NCBI GenBank assembly: GCA_028534125.1
Contig: CM052817.1
Coordinates: 4,280,001-4,344,000 of the forward strand
Origin: Lama glama
Lineage: Eukaryota
Length of the DNA stretch: 64,000 bases
Reading direction: 5' to 3'
Shown here: positions 62,859 through 64,000 of the stretch, in pieces
How the letters are laid out: each line of letters opens with the position of its first letter
How positions within the stretch are numbered: the stretch's first letter is position 1
Made by a program: the position numbers and the translations under genes
The notes under the pieces: model-generated
Told to the model about the DNA's origin: nothing
Seen by the model: only the letters and a program-made list of their open reading frames with translations
Databases searched by the model: none

Positions 62859-64000
62859 GTGAGACCAGAGGCTTTCTGCGTGTCTGGGGCACCAGTTGGG
62901 TCTGATCAGCCTTACTGTGTGTGCTGCACAGTGTGGCTACCGCTCAGGAGGTGGGAGAAGGAGGTAAAGAAGCTTGGGGTTTGGAAGAACATTCTGGAAA
63001 TAATTGAGAGGGAGATCTGAGGAGATGGAACAGAAGGCCTTGAGCTCTGGATGGGGTGGGCAGGAAGGGAGCCCCAGCTGTGTGCCCGGGCCCAGCTGCC
63101 CTGCAGCCAAGTCCTCACAGCCCCGAAGGGGACCGGAATCCTGTCTTCATAGCCCACACTGCACCACGCTGTCCCCCAAGGGTCTGGACACTAGTTCCAA
63201 CCAGCCCTGATGTGGGTCTGTGGTTCTAAAGAGAGAGGCCTTACTTCAGTCATTCCCCTCCGGACCTGGGCGGCCTGGTGTGCGGTGTCACACCCAAGTG
63301 CGTAAAGAGCTGAGAACTGTCCCTGGGGTGGGGAGAGCTTCACGGAAATGCTGGGCCCGGTGGAGGGACGACATTAGACAGTCAGAAAACCAGGATGGGC
63401 AGCAGAAGAGCAGCCACCTGGGCAGACCCGCCAGGTACAGGCGGTGAGAGTAGAGTGGCTGGGGGGGGGGTCTGCAGTCACGTGGCCCAAGGGTGCTCGG
63501 TGAGCCTGGACGGAGCCAAGCGCCACCTCCCAGGCCTCGTCCGGCCTGGGTCTGTTCTGTGAGCTGGGCCAGTCCTCCTCTCTGGATAAATGCATTGAAT
63601 AAGTGAATATGAAAATATATTCAAAAGTATCTATAAAACGCCTCCTGTGTGCCCGGGACTGTTCCCGGCCCGGGTCCCTGCTGCCGGGAGCAGAGTCTAC
63701 CCAGCACTGTCCCCTAGAGCCTTCCACGGCGCTGCAGATACTCTGCGTCTGCGTCGCCCAGTAGAGCAGCTGTGAACCGCCCATGGCTTCTGGGTGCTTG
63801 AAATGAGGCTGGTGTGCCCGCAGAACTGAGTGTTAACTTTAATTGTTTCAAGTATGAAGAGCCCGTGTGGCCCGTGGCTACCGTACTGGACGGTGCAGGG
63901 CCATGGGGGAGTCAAACAGCACTCACACATACGCAGAGTGAAGTGAGTGAGGGAGGTAAAGAGGGAGATGAAGCGGGGTGAATGGGCAGAGAGTGGCGAA

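Overview
Mammalian genomic DNA, most likely camelid, judged from tRNA-Ala-derived SINEs resembling the Vic-1 family. It has two 500-N gaps (41000-41499 and 60743-61242). The + strand carries the 3' half of JAKMIP1 as 13 coding exons from 7875 to 36782. All are phase 0 with GT-AG boundaries. They include the short-isoform extension ending ...KLKFM* at 15949 and the long-isoform hydrophobic tail exon FLFLFLFFSLAFILWP*. Downstream lie the first five recognisable coding exons of a coiled-coil gene that I identify as C4orf50-like (43749-62858, continuing beyond the window). The most notable observation is absent from the ORF track. An intronic CpG-rich segment near 3.3-3.9 kb holds a candidate alternative first exon with a perfect-Kozak ATG at 3739 and a donor at 3845. 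Spliced to the next JAKMIP1 exon, it would encode a 45-aa single-pass, Cys-rich membrane microprotein in an alternative frame. A second ATG at 3839 in the same exon would start an in-frame, N-truncated JAKMIP1 (MKKHVVETFF...). Other candidates are a tail-anchor on/off acceptor switch in the last exon, a poison microexon near RBFOX motifs, and JAKMIP1-to-C4orf50 read-through. Gene and repeat-family names come from recalled sequence, not database searches.
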